Shown: positions 37,487 to 47,441, counted from the stretch's first letter. The stretch is 64,000 nt of DNA from an uncultured Chloroflexia bacterium (GCA_963724295.1 CAVRUC010000008.1:285299-349298), one strand, 5' to 3'. Made by a program: numbers and translations. Notes: generated by a model from the letters alone, not told the origin.

Positions 37487-38569
37487 ATGGCACGCCATGG
37501 CATTCGCGGATCCTTGTCGTCGATCCTGGTAATCGCTTTCTTGCTCTCGTCCATGATCGGCATCGGTAAAGCCGGCGCGGCGCAGGAAGAGTGCACGCCC
37601 GGGACAACCAAGCGCATTGCCTTCATGCTCAAGCAGCAAACCGCCTTCCGATATCTCCACGCGGACGTCCCCTTCTTTCAGGAAGCGGCAGAAGCGGCTG
37701 GGTATGAAGTGCTCGTTCAGTCGGCTGACAATGATGCTCAGACACAGGTGTCTCAGGCAGAGAATGTAATCACCCAGGGTGTCGACGCCATCGTCATCCA
37801 GCCGGTGGACTTCAACGTGGCGGCTGCCATTGCTCAGAAAGCAGCAGACGCGGGGATCCCGCTGGCCTCCTACGACGATCTCATCCTTGGTGCCGAGCAT
37901 GCGGCATTTATCGGCCGGGATCCCAAGCAGGGAGGCGAAGAAGCGGCCAAGGAGGTCGTGGCCGCGGTACCGACGGGCAACTACGTCATCATTGGCGGCG
38001 ATGCAGGGCAGACTGGCTCAACCCAGATGAGCGGCGGGTACCACGACGTGCTCGATCCTCTGATCGAAAAGGGTGACATCACACTCGTAGCCGACCAGTA
38101 CACCCCGGCCTGGAAAACCGAACCGGCTCAGGCCAACGCCGAAAACGCGCTGACCAAGGCAAACAACGATATCCAGGTGTTCCTGGTCTCCTACGACGGG
38201 ATGTCACTGGGTGTGCTCCAGGCGATCAAGGCGGCGGGAATCCCGGACGGGCAGATCCTGGTCACCGGTCAGGACATGGAATTGGCCGCGATGCAGGCCA
38301 TCGTCGAAGGGCGGCAATATGGCAGCCTCTGGCCAGCTCCGGACGAGATGGCCAAGCGCGGCGCAGAGGTGGCAATCGCCCTGGCGCAATGCCAGCCAAT
38401 CACCACCGAGACGACAATCAACAATGAAGCCGCTGACATCCCCTGGGCGCTGACACCGATCTACCTCGTTACCAAAGACGAGATCGCGGACTTCGTCTGT
38501 GAGCACCCGTGGTGGCAGCCGATTGATGAGGTCTACGCCAACGCACCTGACCAGAAACCGACCTGTTGA
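37487..38569 (+). CDS. Sugar ABC transporter substrate-binding protein (XylF-like)
   Basis: Signal peptide; QVSQAENVITQGVDAIVIQPVD; VTGQD. Confidence 0.9.
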   Translation: MARHGIRGSLSSILVIAFLLSSMIGIGKAGAAQEECTPGTTKRIAFMLKQQTAFRYLHADVPFFQEAAEAAGYEVLVQSADNDAQTQVSQAENVITQGVDAIVIQPVDFNVAAAIAQKAADAGIPLASYDDLILGAEHAAFIGRDPKQGGEEAAKEVVAAVPTGNYVIIGGDAGQTGSTQMSGGYHDVLDPLIEKGDITLVADQYTPAWKTEPAQANAENALTKANNDIQVFLVSYDGMSLGVLQAIKAAGIPDGQILVTGQDMELAAMQAIVEGRQYGSLWPAPDEMAKRGAEVAIALAQCQPITTETTINNEAADIPWALTPIYLVTKDEIADFVCEHPWWQPIDEVYANAPDQKPTC

Positions 38570-38583
38570 ACGGGCAAACCGCA

Positions 38584-38634
38584 AAGGATCTTCGATCCTT
38601 CGAAAGGAGCGACCCCGCCGAGCGGGGTCGCTCC
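38584..38634 (+). other. Intercistronic stem-loops after the SBP gene
   Basis: AAGGATC-ttc-GATCCTT and the 13-bp perfect stem GGAGCGACCCCGC-cga-GCGGGGTCGCTCC. Confidence 0.6.
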
Positions 38635-38643
38635 GCACCGTCC

Positions 38644-40161
38644 ATGGCGCCAACGGAAGAACCACTGCTCGTCACTCGCGCCCTGACGAAGCAATTTCCT
38701 GGTGTGCTGGCGGTCAACGCGGTCGATCTCGATATCAACCCTGGCGAGATCGTGGCGCTGCTGGGTCAGAACGGCGCGGGCAAGTCGACAGTGATCCAGA
38801 TCCTGTCTGGTGTCCACGCCCATGGGTCGTACGACGGCGCGATCACGATTGACGGCCACCCGTTTGCGCCGGCAAACGTGAGAGCGGCGGAAGCGGCCGG
38901 AGTCGTCCTGATCCCGCAGGAAGTCAACGTCGTGCCAGAGCTCACGGTGGCGGAAAACGTGTTCCTCAATGACGAGCCAACCCGGTTCGGATTCGTCGAC
39001 CGCCTCCTGCTTCATGTCCGGGCTGGAGCGGTGCTACGTGACTTCGCCGTCGATGTCGATCCTGGGGCACGGATGGGTTCGCTCGATCTGGCCACCCAAC
39101 AGCTGGTGGTCATTGCGCGGGCGCTATCCAAGCGGGCGCGGCTGCTGATCCTTGACGAGCCGACCGCGGCCCTGACCGAAACCGAAGCGCAACGTCTGTT
39201 TGCTCGGATGCGAACCCTGCGCGACCGAGGGGTGGCGTGCATCTTCGTCTCGCACCGCTTAGCGGAAGTATTTGCCGTAGCAGACCGTATTCTGGTTATG
39301 CGCGATGGGCGGCTGCAAGGCAACCACATTGCCGCGGAGACATCACGTGACGAGGTGGTAGCCGAGATGATCGGCGGCACCGTGACAGAGCTGACCCCGG
39401 GCGGAAAGACGAGCGAGACGGTGGCCCTCGATGTCGAGGGGCTGTCGGTTTACGACGTCGATGACCCAGGCCGCAGGCGCGTTGACAACCTCAGTTTCGT
39501 GCTCCATGAGGGCGAGATCCTAGGACTCTTCGGACTCCTGGGAGCGGGGTGCGGCACGACGGCAGAGGCACTTTTCGGGGCTTGGCCGGGTCGTGTCGAG
39601 GGGCGGGTCCACGTCGCCGGCGCTGAGGTCAGCATAGCGCAACCGGCAGACGCCATTGTTCACGGGATAGGTCTGATGCCCCAGGATCGGCGCGAATCGC
39701 TGATCCACGACCACGCGCTCGCCGACAACGTCGTGCTCGCCAGTTTGCCGGCGATATCGCCGCGCGGCGTGCTCGACCTCGACCGTAGGCGGATTGTCGC
39801 CCGGGAGTACGTGACTCGTTTGCAGATTCGTACGCCATCGGTCGACGCCCAGGTGGCAACGCTATCAGGAGGCAATCAGCAGAAGGTGCAGGTTGCGCGT
39901 TGGCTGGCCGCGGATTCGCGCATCCTGCTACTTGTCGATCCAACTCGGGGTGTTGACGTCGGAGCCAGAGCGGAGATCAACCGGCTCTGGCAGAGCCTGG
40001 CGGACGAGGGGTATGCGTTGCTGCTGGTTTCGTCGGAAGCGGAGGAACTGGTCGAAGTCTGCGATCGCGTGCTCGTCATGCGTCACGGCCGGTTGGGAAG
40101 CGAACATCGAGGCGATGACATCACCGTCGGGCGGCTGCTGCACGCGGCTGCGGGAGCGTAA
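38644..40161 (+). CDS. Sugar ABC transporter ATP-binding protein (CUT2)
   Basis: GQNGAGKST, LILDEPT, LSGGNQQK, PTRGVDVGA. Confidence 0.93.
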   Translation: MAPTEEPLLVTRALTKQFPGVLAVNAVDLDINPGEIVALLGQNGAGKSTVIQILSGVHAHGSYDGAITIDGHPFAPANVRAAEAAGVVLIPQEVNVVPELTVAENVFLNDEPTRFGFVDRLLLHVRAGAVLRDFAVDVDPGARMGSLDLATQQLVVIARALSKRARLLILDEPTAALTETEAQRLFARMRTLRDRGVACIFVSHRLAEVFAVADRILVMRDGRLQGNHIAAETSRDEVVAEMIGGTVTELTPGGKTSETVALDVEGLSVYDVDDPGRRRVDNLSFVLHEGEILGLFGLLGAGCGTTAEALFGAWPGRVEGRVHVAGAEVSIAQPADAIVHGIGLMPQDRRESLIHDHALADNVVLASLPAISPRGVLDLDRRRIVAREYVTRLQIRTPSVDAQVATLSGGNQQKVQVARWLAADSRILLLVDPTRGVDVGARAEINRLWQSLADEGYALLLVSSEAEELVEVCDRVLVMRHGRLGSEHRGDDITVGRLLHAAAGA

Positions 40162-40167
40162 ACACTG

Positions 40168-41361
40168 ATGACCGGAGGAACGCTGTCCGACAACACGGTG
40201 ACAGCGAAGGATCGGTTCCAGCCGGGCGTCATGGTCGGCCGCCTGCAGCAGCGACTCGCACTGCGCCAGTTCACGCTCCTGATCGTGCTGGCGATCATCT
40301 GGATCGCGTTTCAATTCCTGACCGATAGCATCTTCCTTACGCCCCGCAACCTCGGGCTACTGGCGCTGCAATCATCGATCGTCAGTCTGGCCGCTATCAG
40401 CGCGGTGATGCTGATCGTCACCCGTAACTTCGACCTCTCGGTCGGCTCGGCAGTGGCGCTGGTAGGTACCGTACTCGCCATATTGACCGTTCGCCATGGC
40501 GTCCACCCGCTGCTCGGCTGCCTGGCCGCTGTGGCAGCGGGGGTGGCGATGGGCGCCTGGCAAGGATTCTGGGTCACGCGGCTGGGCGTCTCCTCGTTCA
40601 TCGTCACCTTAGCCGGGCTGCTCTATTTTCGAGGTTTTTCAATGATCATGGCGGACGGCGCCACGATCGCGCCGCTCCCATCGAGTCTGACCGAATTTGC
40701 AACCGGGTTCCTCCCCGCTGCCGCGGCGATGGCGATGATCGCCATCGCGGCAGCACTGATTCTCGCCTTCCGCACTTTCGAAATTCGCCGCTCGCACCGA
40801 TACGGTCTCATCGTGGATCCGCGCGCGTCATTCCTCCGCGTTGCCGTCCCGGTGGTGGTACTGGCTGCAGCAGGGCTGTGGGTAGCTAGCTTCCAGGGCA
40901 TCCCGAATCTGGTGCTCGTAGTCGCCTTCTTTGCCACAGCCGCCCACCTGGTGATGAGTCGGACCCGCTACGGCGCGCAGTTGTATGCGATTGGCGGCAA
41001 CCCGGAAGCGGCACGCCTGGCCGGGATCGACGTGCGGCGCGCGATCTTCATCGATTTCCTGATCGCGGGGCTGGCCTACGGTGTCACGGGCATCGCTCTT
41101 ACGGCACGGGTCAGTGGATCCGTGCCGGGCAGCGCCGGGCTGTTCCTGGAGCTAGACGCGATCGCCGCCGCCATCATCGGCGGCACCGCGCTGGCGGGCG
41201 GCCGGGGCACCATCTTCGGCGCGCTGCTCGGTGCGTTGTTGATGGGTAGTCTCAATAACGGACTCAGCCTGATGAACGTCGAGACCTTTTACCAGGACAC
41301 CGTGCGTGGGGTGGTGCTCCTGCTGGCCGTCGCCATCGACCAGTTCGGGCGACGCCGGTAG
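40168..41361 (+). CDS. Sugar ABC transporter permease (XylH-like)
   Basis: DLSVGS, YAIGGNPEAARLAGI, ELDAIAAAIIGG. Confidence 0.93.
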   Translation: MTGGTLSDNTVTAKDRFQPGVMVGRLQQRLALRQFTLLIVLAIIWIAFQFLTDSIFLTPRNLGLLALQSSIVSLAAISAVMLIVTRNFDLSVGSAVALVGTVLAILTVRHGVHPLLGCLAAVAAGVAMGAWQGFWVTRLGVSSFIVTLAGLLYFRGFSMIMADGATIAPLPSSLTEFATGFLPAAAAMAMIAIAAALILAFRTFEIRRSHRYGLIVDPRASFLRVAVPVVVLAAAGLWVASFQGIPNLVLVVAFFATAAHLVMSRTRYGAQLYAIGGNPEAARLAGIDVRRAIFIDFLIAGLAYGVTGIALTARVSGSVPGSAGLFLELDAIAAAIIGGTALAGGRGTIFGALLGALLMGSLNNGLSLMNVETFYQDTVRGVVLLLAVAIDQFGRRR

Positions 41362-41484
41362 CTTCCTCCTCTCCCTAATCGATCGAGGCTAACCTGGTTT
41401 CGACGCCAGGCGGTCGGCTATGAGGCATCTTCGTATAATCGACCGATCGCCAGAGAGGTCCGAGAACGGAAAGTAGCCAATCCG

Positions 41485-42693
41485 ATGGCCGACGGGACGC
41501 GGCCCGGCCAGATGCCATTGAGCGGGGTGCGCGTGCTGGATCTGGGGCGGCACCTCGCGGGTCCGACCTGCGCCATGCTGTTGGGCGATCTCGGCGCGGA
41601 TGTGATCAAGGTCGAGAAGCCGGGTGGCGGCGAGGATAGCCGGGCGGCCGGACCGCCCTTCTTCTCGGGCATCAGCGCCTTCTTTCTCTCCGCGAATCGC
41701 AACAAACGCTCCCTCACCCTGGACATCAAGCGGCCGGAAGGACAAGCGATCTTCCACCGGCTGGCCGAGACGGCCGACGTCGTGGTGGAGAACTTTCGAC
41801 CCGGGGTGATGGATGCGCTCGGCATCGGCTACGCCGCGATGTCGGCACGCAATCCACGGATCATCTACTGCGCGATCTCCGGGTTCGGCGCGGATGGTCC
41901 GTTCTCCGACCGGCCGGGGCTCGACCAGATCATCCAGGGCGTATCCGGGTTGATGAGCGTGACCGGGTTCGAGGGGAGTGAGCCGGTGCGCGTTGGCATT
42001 CCGATCGCCGATTTGCTCACCGGGCTCTACGGCGCGTTCGGCATCATGGCGGCGCTGCAGGCGCGCGAGCGCACCGGGCGCGGTCAGGTGGTCAACACCT
42101 CGTTGCTGGAGGCAATGGTGGGGACGCTGGGGTTCCAGGCGGTGCGCTACCTGAATGGCGGTGGCGTGCCGCCCCCGGCCGGGAATCACCACCCGATCAA
42201 TGCTCCGTACGGCGTGTTCCGGGCCAAGGACGGCTACCTCACCGTCGGGGCGACGGGGGAAAAACGGTGGCCGCTGTTCTGCCGGCTGCTCGATGCCGAG
42301 GAGTGGTTGGACGATCCGCGGTTCCAGACCAACGGCGACCGGCACGAGAACCGGCTCGTCCTGGCAGAGCTGATCGACGAGAAGCTGCAGGCACGGACGA
42401 TCGACGAGTGGGAGCGGTTCTTCAACGAGGCCGGCATCCCGGCCGGACCGGTCTACGCGATGGACAGCGCCCTGGAGCATCCCCAGGTCCGGCACCGGGA
42501 GATGGTGGTCTCACGACCGCACCCGGTCCTGGGCGAGGTCTCCCTGCTGGGGCTACCGATCAAGCTGAGTGAGACGCCAGGGGCCGTGCACCGCATCCCG
42601 CCGGATTTGGGCGAGCACACCGAGGCCGTCCTGCGCGAGATCGGCGTGTCGGAGAACGAGCTGGCGCGTCTGAGAGAGCAGGAGATCGTGTAG
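41485..42693 (+). CDS. CaiB/BaiF family III CoA-transferase
   Basis: LAGP...LGDLGADVIKVE, NRNKRS, ENFRPG. TATAAT at 41434 suggests its own promoter. Confidence 0.93.
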   Translation: MADGTRPGQMPLSGVRVLDLGRHLAGPTCAMLLGDLGADVIKVEKPGGGEDSRAAGPPFFSGISAFFLSANRNKRSLTLDIKRPEGQAIFHRLAETADVVVENFRPGVMDALGIGYAAMSARNPRIIYCAISGFGADGPFSDRPGLDQIIQGVSGLMSVTGFEGSEPVRVGIPIADLLTGLYGAFGIMAALQARERTGRGQVVNTSLLEAMVGTLGFQAVRYLNGGGVPPPAGNHHPINAPYGVFRAKDGYLTVGATGEKRWPLFCRLLDAEEWLDDPRFQTNGDRHENRLVLAELIDEKLQARTIDEWERFFNEAGIPAGPVYAMDSALEHPQVRHREMVVSRPHPVLGEVSLLGLPIKLSETPGAVHRIPPDLGEHTEAVLREIGVSENELARLREQEIV

Positions 42694-42762
42694 CGTCTCG
42701 GGGCTGGGGCGAGCGTCACGGGGAAGACGACGCCATGATGCAGCGAAGATGGGAGAGCAACG

Positions 42763-43557
42763 GTGACCGAGGATCCGAGCCAGGAGATTCTGTTCGAGGT
42801 CAAGGATCAGATTGCCACGATCACGTTCAATCGCCCGGAAGCGATGAACGCGCTGACCTGGAACATGTACGACCGGCTGGTCTCGACCTGCGAGGAGCTG
42901 GACCGGCGCGATGACATCCGCGTCGCCATTTTGCGGGGGACCGGAGAACGGGCATTCGTCTCGGGCACCGACATCAGCCAGTTCCAGGCGTTCAGCAAGC
43001 CCCAGGATGCGATCGACTACGAGCGGATGACAGGCGAGGTCACCGACCGGCTGGAGCGGGTGCGCAAACCGACGATCGCCATGATCCATGGGGTGTGCGT
43101 CGGGGGCGGGGCGAGCATCGCGCTGGCCTGCGACTTCCGCTACGCCGACGAGAACCTGCGGTTCGGAATTCCCATCGCCCGCACGCTCGGCAACTGCCTC
43201 TCGTTGAAGGGCTACAGCCGCCTCGTCGACTACGTCGGTCCGGCCAGAGCCAAAGAGCTGATCATGCTGGCCAAGCTGCTGACGGCCGAGGAGGCGCTCA
43301 ACCTCGGCGTGATGACCGAGATCGTCCCCGCCGATCAGCTGGAAACCCGTGTCGGCGAGGTCGCGGAGCGCCTGACGCAGCTCGCTCCGCTGACGCTGGC
43401 CGCCACCAAGGAATCGATTCGTCGCATTCAGGCAGTACGGGCCCCGGACCGCGAAGAGGGGGAGGATCTGATCCTCTCCTGCTACATGAGCGACGACTTC
43501 CGGGGGGCAGTGGAGGCGTTCGTCGAGAAGCGGAAATACGCCTGGACCGGGCGGTAA
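42763..43557 (+). CDS. Enoyl-CoA hydratase/isomerase family protein
   Basis: NRPEAMNAL, FVSGTDISQF, GGGASIALACD, PIARTLGNC. Confidence 0.92.
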   Translation: MTEDPSQEILFEVKDQIATITFNRPEAMNALTWNMYDRLVSTCEELDRRDDIRVAILRGTGERAFVSGTDISQFQAFSKPQDAIDYERMTGEVTDRLERVRKPTIAMIHGVCVGGGASIALACDFRYADENLRFGIPIARTLGNCLSLKGYSRLVDYVGPARAKELIMLAKLLTAEEALNLGVMTEIVPADQLETRVGEVAERLTQLAPLTLAATKESIRRIQAVRAPDREEGEDLILSCYMSDDFRGAVEAFVEKRKYAWTGR

Positions 43558-43727
43558 TACGGAGAAGATTCCGGAGGCTCCGAGAGGCAGGCATGAGGGC
43601 AATCGCACGCCATAGGTCTAACGGCGCTGCCGTGGCGACTGTGGGAGCATCAATTTTCCAGTCACCATAGTTCGCAATATTCACCCTCACCCCGTAGCCG
43701 CTGGCGACGACCCTCACCCCCTAACCC

Positions 43728-44983
43728 TTGTCATCCGGACAGTTTGCCATCAGGGGGTGCCCCGGGCCTGCCAGCCAGTGGCGGTGCGGCGAAAGAGGAG
43801 GGGCGGATAGCGACCGTGATCGAGTTCGTGCCGCACCCACAGCCACCCCAACCGGACCAGGCTGCGCTCGCGCCGGTCGGGACGGTCGAAGCGGGAGCGG
43901 ACCCCCGTCTTGATGACGTGGGCGCCGAGGGCATGCAGCCACCACAACGCCAGATGCCAGACCAACAGCAAGCGGTCCAGATGGGCCGCATCGCTGACCC
44001 GGCTCTGCTCCAGCCCCCAGCCGCGCCGCTTGCCGTCGCCGAAGGTGGCCTCCACCCGGCTGCGCCGGGCGTACTCGCGGACGCGGGCGGCGCCGCCAGG
44101 ACGGGTGCTGAACAGGATCCACCAGTCGCTCATCCCGGGACGACGATGGACGGTCAGATAGCCTTGGCGCCAGCCGACACTCTTGTAGATCTGGACCGCT
44201 CCCTGCCACCCGGGGCCGACCGTCTCGACCCAGTCCCACAGTCGCCACTCCGCCCCGCGTGGGCCGCCCGGCGAGGGGGGCAGGCGCAGCCGATGCGCCT
44301 GCGTCTCCCCCACGTTCAGCCGCACCACCACGGCCCAGCCCCGCTCCTGAGCGGCATCGATCAGCGTCGGCCCCGCCACCCCGCGGTCGCCGAGGAGCGT
44401 CACCGTGCAGCCAGGTGGCAAGGCCGCGGCAATCGGGGCCAGCAGCGCCGGTAGCAGCGTCGTGAGGGTCGCGGGCCAGGACTGCTGCTGGGGCACGATG
44501 TGCCAGCTCAACGGCAAGACGCGGCGATGGACCACGATGCCGACCCACAGCACCGTCCAGTCCGCCCGGTACGGCGTGGGATCGAAGACCAGCACCACCT
44601 GCTGCCCCGCCCAGCGGCGCAGCAGGTGCGGCAGCAGGGGGTGCCAGAGGGTGGCCACCGTCACGGCTGGGTTGGCCAGAAAGCGGCGCAAGCGCCGCTC
44701 GGTGCTGGGAACCCGCACTGCCAGCGGCACGGCGGCGGCCACCCGATGGAGGCGGACCGTCTCGGCCCAGAGCATCCCCAGCGCAAACAGCGCCAGCACC
44801 CGGCACCGCGTCACCCGGACCTCGGGCAACAGGGCATCGACCTGGGCCATCCACGCATGCAACAATCGCAACCGAGCCGACACGGGGCACCTCCGGGGCA
44901 GACGACGGGACGCGCAACACCCCGCAGTTTCGCACCAGAATCCCGTGTCGACTCATCTCCGCTCCAAACTGTCCGGATGACAA
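43728..44983 (-). mobile_element. Complete insertion sequence, IS4-like, 1256 bp
   Basis: Perfect 19-bp terminal inverted repeats TTGTCATCCGGACAGTTTG (43728-43746, 44965-44983) and 11-bp target duplication CCCCCTAACCC (43717-43727, 44984-44994). Confidence 0.95.
43750..44883 (-). CDS. DDE transposase (IS4-like)
   Basis: LVFDPT, LLGDRG, and YARRSRVEATFGDGK, a Y-2-R-3-E-6-K signature. Confidence 0.9.
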   Translation of the reverse strand: MSARLRLLHAWMAQVDALLPEVRVTRCRVLALFALGMLWAETVRLHRVAAAVPLAVRVPSTERRLRRFLANPAVTVATLWHPLLPHLLRRWAGQQVVLVFDPTPYRADWTVLWVGIVVHRRVLPLSWHIVPQQQSWPATLTTLLPALLAPIAAALPPGCTVTLLGDRGVAGPTLIDAAQERGWAVVVRLNVGETQAHRLRLPPSPGGPRGAEWRLWDWVETVGPGWQGAVQIYKSVGWRQGYLTVHRRPGMSDWWILFSTRPGGAARVREYARRSRVEATFGDGKRRGWGLEQSRVSDAAHLDRLLLVWHLALWWLHALGAHVIKTGVRSRFDRPDRRERSLVRLGWLWVRHELDHGRYPPLLFRRTATGWQARGTP

Positions 44984-45118
44984 CCCCCTAACCCCCTCTC
45001 CCGTCGGAGCCGGGAGAGGGGGAATGACTCGGGGAGGTGCTTCGGAGACGGCTTCAGGCGAATTGCCTATTGTTCGGTGGGTTCACCGGTAGGGTTCGAG
45101 CATTCGGGAGAGGAGCAC

Positions 45119-45526
45119 GTGAGCGACGAGCAAGCAGACGACATGAAGATGTTCTTCTTTGCTCGGTTTCATGCGTGCCCAGGTAATGAGCGGGCAGTTG
45201 AAGACGCGCTGCTTGACGTTCTAGCTCCTTCACGAGAAGAACCAGGTTGCCTGAGCATTGACGCGTTTCGGTCGATTCATGATCCACGGCTGTTCTACAT
45301 TCATTCACGCTGGAAGGATGAAGCGGCGTTTGACGTTCACGCCGATCTGGCCCATACAGTGGAATTCATCGAGCGCGTGGAGCCGCTGATCGATCATCCG
45401 CTCGACCTGACGCGGGCAAAGAAACTCAACGAGAGGTCGAGACATGGCGGGGATGGGGTGGAAAGAGCTGGCCGTCATCATTGTGGTGGCGATCGTCATC
45501 ATTGGCATCGTGAAACTTCGCAGTAG
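45119..45526 (+). CDS. Antibiotic biosynthesis monooxygenase (ABM) family protein
   Basis: SREEPGCL...FYIHSRWKDEAAFDVH; GGAGAGGAG RBS before GTG 45119. The C-terminal 30 aa look like read-through. Confidence 0.8.
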   Translation: MSDEQADDMKMFFFARFHACPGNERAVEDALLDVLAPSREEPGCLSIDAFRSIHDPRLFYIHSRWKDEAAFDVHADLAHTVEFIERVEPLIDHPLDLTRAKKLNERSRHGGDGVERAGRHHCGGDRHHWHRETSQ

Positions 45527-45536
45527 GGCGAGCTAG
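45444..45536 (+). CDS. Possible 30-aa single-TM peptide resembling a TatA N-terminus
   Basis: GAGAGG RBS; MAGMGWKELAVIIVVAIVIIGIVKLRSRAS*. Confidence 0.4.
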   Translation: MAGMGWKELAVIIVVAIVIIGIVKLRSRAS

Positions 45537-45695
45537 CGAATCCTCGGCTCCAAACACCGCTACCGGACGATGGTCCGGCTGACTCCCGCAACGTAGATCG
45601 GGCTTCTTCAACGACGGGCGAAGTTGAGTCTCGCCGTCTCGATCGGCTTCCGTTCGGAGCGGAAGCCCGCCAGGTAGTGACCGACGGGTGAAGGA

Positions 45696-46379
45696 TCAGG
45701 CGACGGCGGTGGCCGGCAGCCAGCCGCCGGTGCCGTCGACCGAGGCGGCGAGGAAGCCGTCGACCGAGGCGCCGGTCAGGATCACGGTGCTCCCCGCCTG
45801 CACCGCACCGAGGATCGCGCCGTCGTCGTTCGGCGCGGCGCGGAGGCTCGCGTCGGCGATGACGGGCGCCGTGTCGAGCATGCCATCCAGCGAGTCGACG
45901 CGGGTCCAGCCGAGTTGACCGTCGAAGGTCGCCTCGAGGAACTCACCCTCGGCAGCGCCGGTCAGCTCGATTTCCGTCCCTGCCGGCAGCTCGGCCAGGA
46001 CCGGCGCGTCGGCGCCAGGAGCTTCGTACAGGACAACGTTTGCGGTTGTGATGGCCAGTGCCGGGGCATGGGCGAGGGTGGCCGGGGCGGCAAGGAGCGC
46101 GCCGAGGATGAGAGCCAGGACGATGGTCAGCACCCACAGCGGTCGCCACCGGCTGGCGCCGCGGGTCGTCACGGAGTGCCAGGAGACGGGAGCCGCGGCG
46201 ACCGGGGCTGTGTCCAGGCCGAGCTCGCGATCGGCGTCGAGCAGCCAGGCGGCCGTCGGCTCGACCGGGGTGGGCCGGCCGACGGCGGCGCGGGCGTAGT
46301 AGCGGTTGTCGTCGCCGAGGAGCAGGAGGAAACCCGGCACGGTGCGGTGCTGACCGACAACGGTGTAGACGGTGGTCAC
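45696..46379 (-). CDS. Membrane-anchored protein with two SH3b-like domains
   Basis: Central TM; repeats LYEAPGADAPVLAELPAGTEIELTG...GW and LRAAPNDDGAILGAVQAGSTVILTG...GW; GAGG RBS before GTG 46379. Confidence 0.75.
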   Translation of the reverse strand: MTTVYTVVGQHRTVPGFLLLLGDDNRYYARAAVGRPTPVEPTAAWLLDADRELGLDTAPVAAAPVSWHSVTTRGASRWRPLWVLTIVLALILGALLAAPATLAHAPALAITTANVVLYEAPGADAPVLAELPAGTEIELTGAAEGEFLEATFDGQLGWTRVDSLDGMLDTAPVIADASLRAAPNDDGAILGAVQAGSTVILTGASVDGFLAASVDGTGGWLPATAVA

Positions 46380-46589
46380 GGCGACTGTCCTCACATGCGC
46401 TTGAACGTCCCGACCGCAGGGCAGCGGGTTCGACACCTTGACGTGCCAACAGAATTGAGCATATGGCCCGGACCGGGGTGACACATGCGTGAAATCACGT
46501 AATTGCGGAGGTCGCCACACGTGGCGCGAACTTCGCCATGTGACGCAGGTGGGCCAGCGGCAGATGGTGGGGAGTACGCGTTGACGCAT

Positions 46590-46705
46590 CGCGTGCTCCG
46601 GGGCGCAGGAGCAGGCGCGGCCGGGGTCGCCGGAGTACCCGCAGGGACACGGGTTCATGGGGGAATACGCGTGAACTTGGCCGGGAAGCTGAGCGCGCCG
46701 GCGGC
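46590..46705 (-). pseudogene. comM: Internal fragment of a ComM/YifB Mg-chelatase-like ATPase gene
   Basis: AAGALSFPAKFT, then a frameshift, then MNPCPCGYSGDPGRACSC, the ComM Cys motif. No other part of the gene is present. Confidence 0.75.
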
Positions 46706-46789
46706 ACCAAAGGCGTTGATGCCGCAAAGGTCGGTGATTCTGACGATGGGGAATCTCTTCTCTTATCAGGTCGTAGAGGGTTGTTCGAG

Positions 46790-47125
46790 AGCGCTACCGC
46801 TCTCCTTGCAGCAGCCGTGCAAAAGGCTTCGACGTTTCCCATTGCGTCGTTGACCGGGTTGTGATCGTGGGGAGTGACGCGGAGTCTCTTCCAGCCCTGG
46901 CTGTTGCTGAAATCACCGACGAGGCCGGCGTAGAAGTCACAGATGCGTCTGCCGGAATGGCCGAACGGATTGCGACCGATGGCGTGATGAAAGCCGCAGT
47001 TGATCCACTGAAAGTCGTAGGCCGGGTTATCGCTGACGAAGATGCAGCGCCCGTTCGTCACCGAGAGCAGCTATTGCTCGACGGCGGTGAAGACCTGCAC
47101 CGGGTCAAAGGCCGCGCCAATCACC
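46790..47125 (-). pseudogene. DEDDh 3'-5' exonuclease remnant (Rv2179c-like)
   Basis: IFVSDNPAYDFQWIN...NPFGHSGRRI.DFYAGL...HDHNPVNDAMGN; in-frame TAG at 47071-47073; N-terminus not recognisable. Confidence 0.7.
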
Positions 47126-47441
47126 GGAAGACGAGTCGTGCGACCTCTTCTGTACAAGGATAGAGAATATGCTGGTCCTTCCCGAATCAGTCGCGTCGCG
47201 GATGGGAGCAACCGCATCTGGTCGGGCTCGTCGACTGTGGCGTCCACTTGGGTCTGCTCACCATCACCGCCCGGCGACGTGCTCTACGAAGCTACCCCAT
47301 GGCCGCAGGGCGGTCTCACCGAGGCGATCCAGGGAGTAGAGCGTCAGCCGCGCTGGCTCCATACCACTCTCCTTCGGCAAGTACGGCAGCTGACTTTTCC
47401 ATGCGAGGTCCATAATGCACAGAATCGCTCTAGTTATCTGG

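Larger units (their letters stand above)
43711..45024 (+). repeat. REP-like palindrome, copy 3, interrupted by the IS
   Basis: Removing the IS and one target copy restores CCCTCACCCCCTAACCCCCTCTCCCG-loop-CGGGAGAGGGGG. Confidence 0.8.

Noticed and set aside
45696..46727. 343-aa ORF as a genuine Cys-motif plus SH3 fusion protein
   Set aside because: The N-terminal part is a chance in-frame run through the comM remnant and non-coding DNA; an RBS and GTG at 46379 give a better start.
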